Assembly (NCBI GenBank): GCA_963708025.1
Contig: CAVPSB010000031.1
Span: 64,001-128,000 of the forward strand
Origin: an uncultured Candidatus Rokubacteria bacterium
Lineage (GTDB): Bacteria; Methylomirabilota; Methylomirabilia; Rokubacteriales; DASRDR01
Reading direction: 5' to 3'
DNA: 64,000 bases
Shown: positions 58,557 to 64,000 of the stretch, in pieces
Numbering within the stretch: position 1 is the stretch's first letter
Layout of the letters: each line of letters begins with the position of its first letter
Notes under the pieces: model-generated
Databases searched by the model: none
What the model saw: the letters and a program-made list of their open reading frames with translations, nothing else
What the model was told of the DNA's origin: nothing
Translations under genes and position numbers: made by a program

Positions 58557-60028
58557 TCAGCCGGCGACCCAGCCGTACCACCGGTGGCTCGGGATCGGCC
58601 CCTTCGTCGAGATAGGCCATCTTGATCCGGCTCAGGTAGTCGTTCGGGATCTCGTTGCGCCTGGCGTTCACGTCCACGCCGAAGACCCGCGCCGCGTTCA
58701 GCCCGAAGATCTGCTCCTTCACCGGGCGCGTGAGGGGCGCGTACCCGTGCTTCTCGACCAGCGCCGGGGGGATCTCGAAGCGCCGGAACGCCTCGATCTG
58801 CCACTGGGGCGTCCCGTACCAGATGGAGTCCGTCCCCCACAGCACGTGGTCGGCGCCGAAGGCGTCGACGACCTGGCCGAGCAGGTGGGCGCAGGCGGTG
58901 GGATCGGTCGTGACGAGCTGACCGAAGGTGGAGCCCAGCTCCATGTAGATGTTCCGGAGGCCCGGCTCCTTCTTCTTCATCTGGCAGAACTCGGTGGTCC
59001 AGGGCACCTCCCCCGACGGCTTCGCCGCCGCCGACCCCGAGCAGCCCGGCGTGGTAGAGGAGGAAGTCGATGTCCGGGAAGTCCCGGGCCGCCTTGATCA
59101 CGTCGCGGGGATGGTTGTAGTCGGCGACGGGGCCGAGGGGCAGGCCCTTGTGGAGGCAGATGCGCCGGACCCCGAGCTTCCGGGCCCGCTCCAGCATCGG
59201 ATAGGCGATCTTCTCGTCGTCGACGAACCAGCCGCGATCGAACCCCTTGGGGGCGGCGCCGGTGTATCCCTTCCAGGCGTCGACCTTGAGCGTGGCCGCC
59301 TGCATGTCCATGAAGTCGAGATCGGCCTGGCCGAGCTGCGGCGTGATGAGGCCGTGGGCGAGCATCCGGCGGGACTGGGTGACGCGGTTGATCTCGTCCC
59401 GGATGTGGGTCATCTCCTTCGGCGGCACCACCGCCTCCTGCGGATAGGGCCCGGGCGGGGTCGAGATGAGCCCGATGTCCGTCTCGCTGTCGAGGAACAC
59501 CTCCTTGACCATGTTCGCCCACGACAGGTCGGCCAGGGTGCCGCGGTCGGAGGCCAGCTTCGGGTTGAGTCGCCGCGACGACCGGCGCAGCCCGAGCAGC
59601 CCCTGCTTCGAGACCGCGCCCCGGCGCCCCGCCTCCTCGTCGTGCGGGTCGTATCCGGCGCCGACGTAGTGGAGCTGCAGGTCGAAGATGAAGAAGGGCG
59701 GGCCCGTGCGCGCCTGGAACGCCGCCCGGTCGGCCGCCTCGACCGGGAGCACGTCGAAGAACCGGCCGAAGACCGCGTTCATGGCGAGGAGCGACGCCGC
59801 CATGCCGCCGCTCGTCCTCAGGAATCCGCGGCGGCTCTGCCCGAGCCGCGGCGCCAGCCGGGCCGCCTCCGCGAGGATCCGCTCCTCGACCGCCCGCTGG
59901 GCGGCCGTCTGGGGGAGCGGCGGGAACTCCTCGTTGGAGACGAGCCGGGTCGGCAGCGGCAGCTCGGTGCGAAGCCCCCGGCGCATCCCGGGACGGAGAC
60001 GGAAGGCGTGGCGGTTCCCGGTCGACAT
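58557..60028 (-). CDS. amidohydrolase_2-like protein, frameshifts near 59020 and 58600
   Basis: VSNEEF, FDLQLH, WKGYT, CLHKG, LYHAG, ELGSTF, WGTDSIWYGTPQWQIEAFRRF, IFGLNAAR. Confidence 0.82.
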
Positions 60029-60184
60029 GATCGCCTCCTCGAGCGAGGGTGGCGGACGGCGGACGTCCCTGCCGATGACCCAGTGTAGGACGCCATCCCG
60101 CGCTGTCAACCGAGACGGCCCGCGGGTTGACAGCCGGCGGCCGGGAAGGCGATGATGCGTCGACACCAACCCCGGGAGGACACC

Positions 60185-60923
60185 ATGGCGATGACGTCTC
60201 TGGAACGGGCCGAGGCCGCCGAGCACGCGATGAGCCAGGAGCTCGATCGCCAGGTGGTGAAGTCCGTGATCTACGTCTCGGGCGAGCGCGACCCTCGGGT
60301 GCCGATCGTGACGGGAGCAGGGCAAGCTCGTCATGATGGGGGACGATCCGCGCCTGCCCAAGATGCCCGCCCGGCCGACCCTGTTCGACTTCTTCAAGTA
60401 CCGCTTCGGGCCGGCCAACCACATGCTCCAGAGCGCCCGGCTCGCCCTGAAGAACGGCGTGGAGGAGAAGGTCGTTCTGGCCTGCCTGCTGCACGACATC
60501 GCCATCACCGGGTTCATCCGGGGCGACCACGGGTACTGGGCCGCCCAGCTCCTCGAGCCCTACGTCGAGGAGGAGGTGAGCTGGGCCATCCGGCATCACC
60601 AGGCCCTGCGGTTCTTCGCCGACGAGTCCGTCGGCTACCAGTACCCGGAGCTCTACGTCAAGCTGTTCGGCGAGGACTACCAGCCCGAGCCCTACATCCA
60701 GGAGGCGTACCGGTACGCGCGCGGCCACAAGTGGTACATGACCTCGCGCCTGATCACCGTCAACGACCTCTACTCCTTCGATCCCAACGTGCAGGTGACC
60801 CTGGAGGAGTTCACGGACATCGTCGGCCGCCACTTCAAGCAGCCGAAGGAGGGCCTCGGCTTCGACGCCAGCCCGTCGGCGCACATGTGGCGCACGATCA
60901 TCTGGCCGACGAAGTATTTGTAG
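60185..60923 (+). CDS. HD-domain protein, frameshift near 60320
   Basis: NHMLQSA, ACLLHDI, DHG, IRHH, VND. Confidence 0.78.
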
Positions 60924-60927
60924 GGGC

Positions 60928-61611
60928 TCAGTCGGGCAGCTCGATCCGGCGGCACAGCGTCTCCTGCTTGCCGTCCTTGTAGCGGACGGTGGCCGACACC
61001 CCGAACCAGCCGCCGGGGCCGTCGCCGAGCAGGGGGAACCCGTCGTCGGCCCGGTTCCGGGAGACCAGGTCGTCGCCGCCGTCCTTGGGCGGAGGATCCA
61101 TCCGCCAGCGCACCAGTCCACTCCCTCCAGGAGGGACTGTGGCGCCCTGGAGCCGCACGAACCACTCGTAGCGGGACTCGCCGCCGGGCGGGAGCTTCCG
61201 GTAGGCGTAGACGAGGGCCAGGCCGCGCGGCGATGGTGTCGACGCGGACTGCACGATCCAGGGGCCCTTGGCGGCCGCCTCGCCAGCGGGGCCCGGGGGG
61301 CCGGAGTGGCCGGGCTCGACGGCGCGTCGTCCGCCGGCGCGGCCGCGGGAGGATTCGCCGGCGCCCCGTCGTCGGCGACCCGGTCGCCCCGATCCGCTGG
61401 GTACGGTGCTCGAGGGCAGGCTCAGCACCAGGCCGCCGACCGCGACGACACAGAAGGCCAGGACCGCGGCGGCCAGGACGGGCTGGGCCCGGACCCACTG
61501 GAGCCACGAGTCGGATGCCGCCACGCGACGCTCGCCCGGCAGGGCCGGGGGCCGATCTCCGGTTTCCCCGCCGGCGGCGGGCGATCGCTTCCCCCGGAAG
61601 GGTGTGGGCAT
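60928..61611 (-). CDS. single-TM protein with C-terminal pYEATS-like beta domain
   Basis: TM at about aa 44-65; YEWFVRLQG..VRWRMDP..DGFPL..GWFGVSATVRYKDGKQETL; TAGAAT-6nt-ATG start. Confidence 0.6.
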   Translation of the reverse strand: MPTPFRGKRSPAAGGETGDRPPALPGERRVAASDSWLQWVRAQPVLAAAVLAFCVVAVGGLVLSLPSSTVPSGSGRPGRRRRGAGESSRGRAGGRRAVEPGHSGPPGPAGEAAAKGPWIVQSASTPSPRGLALVYAYRKLPPGGESRYEWFVRLQGATVPPGGSGLVRWRMDPPPKDGGDDLVSRNRADDGFPLLGDGPGGWFGVSATVRYKDGKQETLCRRIELPD

Positions 61612-61723
61612 GACGACATTCTACCCACTCGACGGCGTCACGTCCGGGCGACCTCTACGTCGCCTCCGACCGGCCCTCGGAGCGGCGAGCGGCCTCTCAG
61701 GGCCCCGTGAGCGCGGTGATACC

Positions 61724-62270
61724 GTGAGCGAGATGGAGCCCTCGGCCTGGCTGCGACGAGAAGCTCTACGACCGCCGGATCGTGCTCGTGGCCGGCCGGC
61801 TCGACGACGCCGTCGCGGCCCGGGCGGCGGCGTCGCTCCTGAGCCTCGACGCGGCCGGTGCCGGTCCAATCGAGCTCCACGTGGACAGCCCGGACGGCAC
61901 GCTGGAGGCCGCGTTCGTGCTCATCGACACGCTGGGCCACCTCCGGGCGCCCGTGAGCGCCCGGTGCCGCGGGCAAATCGGGAGTCCCGCGATCGGCGTC
62001 GTGGCCGCGGCCGGCGATCGGTCGGCCTCGTCCCACGCGCGATTCCGGCTCGCCCAGCCGCGGGTCCAGTTCTCCGGAAGCCCCGACCAGGTCGCCACGC
62101 ACGCGCGCCTGCACCGGGACCTCCTCGTGCGGTTCCAGGCCCACCTCGCGCGGTCCACGGGGCGGCCCGTTGACGAGATCGCCGACGACATGCTTCGCGG
62201 GACGGTATCTCGACGCCCGCGAGGCGCTCGACTACGGCTGATCGACCGGATCGCCGACTCCGCACCGTAA
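61724..62270 (+). CDS. ClpP-like protein lacking catalytic residues, frameshifts near 61757 and 62200
   Basis: LYDRRIVLVAGRLDD, PIELHVDSPDG, TGRPVDEIADDM / YLDAREALDYGLID. Confidence 0.75.
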
Positions 62271-62287
62271 CGCGTCGTCGCCGTCCG

Positions 62288-62351
62288 GGCGGAGGTCAGG
62301 CGTCGGGCCGAAGCGGGCGCGGACGACGACGAGGGCCTCGTCGGCCCGCTC
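62288..62351. repeat. diverged duplicate of the aminotransferase gene 3' end (62657-62721)
   Basis: ggcgga.gtcaggcgtcggg(g)ccgaagcgggcg.ggacg.cg.cga.ggcctcgtcgg.ccgctc at both sites. Confidence 0.8.
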
Positions 62352-62608
62352 CACGGGACATCGCCGAGCTGGATTTCGTCGTCAAGCGGGGTCGCCGCTA
62401 CGGCGTGGAGGTCAAGTTCATGGACGCTCCGCGCCTCACCCCCTCCATGCGGATCGCGCTTTCCGATCTGCGACTGGAGCGTCTCACGGTCCTCTATCCT
62501 GGAGACCTGCGCTATGCGGTCGATCCTCGCGTCACGGTCGTGCCGCTCGCCGAGCTGGCGGTCGATTCCGAGATCATCACGCGCAGCGTGATGGGGGTCC
62601 GAGGGTAG
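62352..62608 (+). pseudogene. C-terminal remnant of AAA+ ATPase with DUF4143/PD-(D/E)XK tail
   Basis: AELDFVVKRGRRYGVEVKFMDAPRLTPSMRIALSDL.LERLTVLYPG. Confidence 0.75.
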
Positions 62609-62664
62609 ACGCGCGACCGGCCTGGTCGAAGGCCTTGCCGGATCGCCCTGCCCAGCGGCGGACG

Positions 62665-63924
62665 TCAGGCGTCGGGGCCGAAGCGGGCGTGGACGGCGGC
62701 GAAGGCCTCGTCGGTCCGCTCGAGCGCGCAGCGGACGTCGTCGGGGGTGTGGGCGGCGCTCAGGAACCAGTTGTGCCAGGGGTGGAGGTAGACTCCCCGG
62801 CGCGCGGCCTCCCCGGTGAAGACGTTGGCGCGGTCGAAGGTCCCGGCCGCGACGTCGTCGGCGAAGGTCAGGAACGGGAGCTGCACCGGCCCCGTCTGGC
62901 GGATGCCGAGGCCGTGGGCTTGGGCCTGCCGATCCAGGCCCTCCCGCAGGAGGGCGCCCGCGCGCTCCATCGTCGCGATGCCGTCCTCCTCCTCCAGGCT
63001 CTGGAGCGTGGCGAGGGCCGCGGCCATGGGGACGGCGGCGAACCAGAAGGACCCGGTGGCGAAGACGGCCGTGGCCGCGTCGCGCAGGGAGTCGGCGCCG
63101 GCGACGGCGGCCAGCGGGTGGCCGTTGGCGATGGCCTTGCTGTAGGCGGCCAGGTCGGGGCGGACGCCGAGCGGCACCCAGCTCCCGCCCAGGTGGAGCC
63201 GGAAGCCGGCGCGGACGTCGTCGAGGACCAGCGCGGCGCCGCGCCGGTCGCAGAGGGCGCGCACGCCGCGGGCGAAGGCCGGATCCACCAGCTCCTGGTC
63301 GTGGCGCGCGTCGTGGCGGAAGGCGGAGACGAGCACGGCGGCGAGGTCCGGGCCGGCCTGGTCCGCCGCCACCTCGACGCTGGCGAGGTCGTTGTAGGTG
63401 TACGTCAGGAGGTGCGCGCGGTCCTCGGGCGTGGTGCCGGCCGGACGCGGCGTGCACCAGGGCGCCGAGCCGTGGTAGGCGCCGCGGGCCACCAGCACCT
63501 TGGCCCGCCCGGTGGCGGCGCGGGCGATGCTCAGGGCCAGCGTGGTGGCGTCGGTCCCGTTCTTGGCGAACATCGCCCAGCCGGCGTGCGGCGTGAGGTC
63601 GACGAGGCGCTCGGCCAGCTCCACCATGCGCGGCGAGGGGCCGTTCTGGCAGTCGGCGAGGGCCTGCTGGGCGGCCACCGCCGCCTCGACCCGGGGATGG
63701 GCGTGGCCGAGCACGATCGGGCCGAAGCTGCACATGAAGTCGAGGTACTCGCGCCCGTCCACGTCCCACACCCGGCTCCCGCGCCCCCGCTCCATGAACT
63801 GGGGGAACTCCGGGGGCAGGGTCGCCGCGTTCTGATGGCCGTACATCCCCCCGGGGATCACCTGCCGCGCCCGGGCCCGCAGCGCCTGATCGCGCGTCTC
63901 GACCGCCAGCTGTGCCGTGCCCAT
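62665..63924 (-). CDS. class III PLP aminotransferase (glutamate-1-semialdehyde aminomutase-like)
   Basis: VWDVDGREYLDF, KNGTDAT, AYHG, LDDVRAGFR, DLAAYSKAIANGHP. Confidence 0.9.
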   Translation of the reverse strand: MGTAQLAVETRDQALRARARQVIPGGMYGHQNAATLPPEFPQFMERGRGSRVWDVDGREYLDFMCSFGPIVLGHAHPRVEAAVAAQQALADCQNGPSPRMVELAERLVDLTPHAGWAMFAKNGTDATTLALSIARAATGRAKVLVARGAYHGSAPWCTPRPAGTTPEDRAHLLTYTYNDLASVEVAADQAGPDLAAVLVSAFRHDARHDQELVDPAFARGVRALCDRRGAALVLDDVRAGFRLHLGGSWVPLGVRPDLAAYSKAIANGHPLAAVAGADSLRDAATAVFATGSFWFAAVPMAAALATLQSLEEEDGIATMERAGALLREGLDRQAQAHGLGIRQTGPVQLPFLTFADDVAAGTFDRANVFTGEAARRGVYLHPWHNWFLSAAHTPDDVRCALERTDEAFAAVHARFGPDA

Positions 63925-64000
63925 CGCGTTGGGCCCCTTTCTTCTTCGTCAGGTCTGCCGAGTCGGTCCCTTCTACCGCGGCCGGGCGCCGTCCCGCCAT

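Noticed and set aside
57050-60517. 1155-aa double amidohydrolase
   Set aside because: Two separate genes joined through frameshifted read-through
62665-63924. hemL assignment
   Set aside because: Motifs diverge (KNGTDAT, DDVRAGFR) and there is no heme context; kept as a generic class III aminotransferase

Overview
A very GC-rich bacterial window of about 65 genes. Gene content and the intergenic GC palindromes resemble soil Candidatus Rokubacteria/Methylomirabilota, but this is inference, as no marker gene is present. Most of it is ordinary transport and catabolism: peptide-type and sugar ABC systems, a TRAP system, MFS, several amidohydrolases, FAD oxidoreductases, comDE-like decarboxylase, histidine kinases and receivers, Ser/Thr kinase + FHA. 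I found no rRNA, tRNA or CRISPR. About ten otherwise intact genes carry single-base frameshifts, which suggests long-read indel errors. Best candidate for an undescribed system: a 12-kb convergent cluster at 39.7-51.6 kb. It combines an atypical radical SAM enzyme (MJ0619/Tes-like C-terminal motifs), a nucleoside hydrolase, a lipoprotein, a rhodanese and DUF3047 with DUF547, MauE/DoxX, a TIGR04283-type glycosyltransferase, two TVP38/DedA proteins and a MerA/LpdA-like reductase. A lower-GC three-gene cassette (DUF3467-like, DUF5678-like, retropepsin-like protease) sits in its middle. Other points: a decayed integrative element at 3.7-8.15 kb, a degraded NWDGYGA/toxin-like gene pair, an aldolase-ABC-kinase-HAD sugar (possibly sulfosugar) locus, a membrane-anchored pYEATS-like protein opposite a triad-less ClpP-like gene, three dispersed palindromic repeat families, repeated leaderless promoters, and several orphan 3' gene remnants. 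All family assignments come from motif recognition, not database searches.
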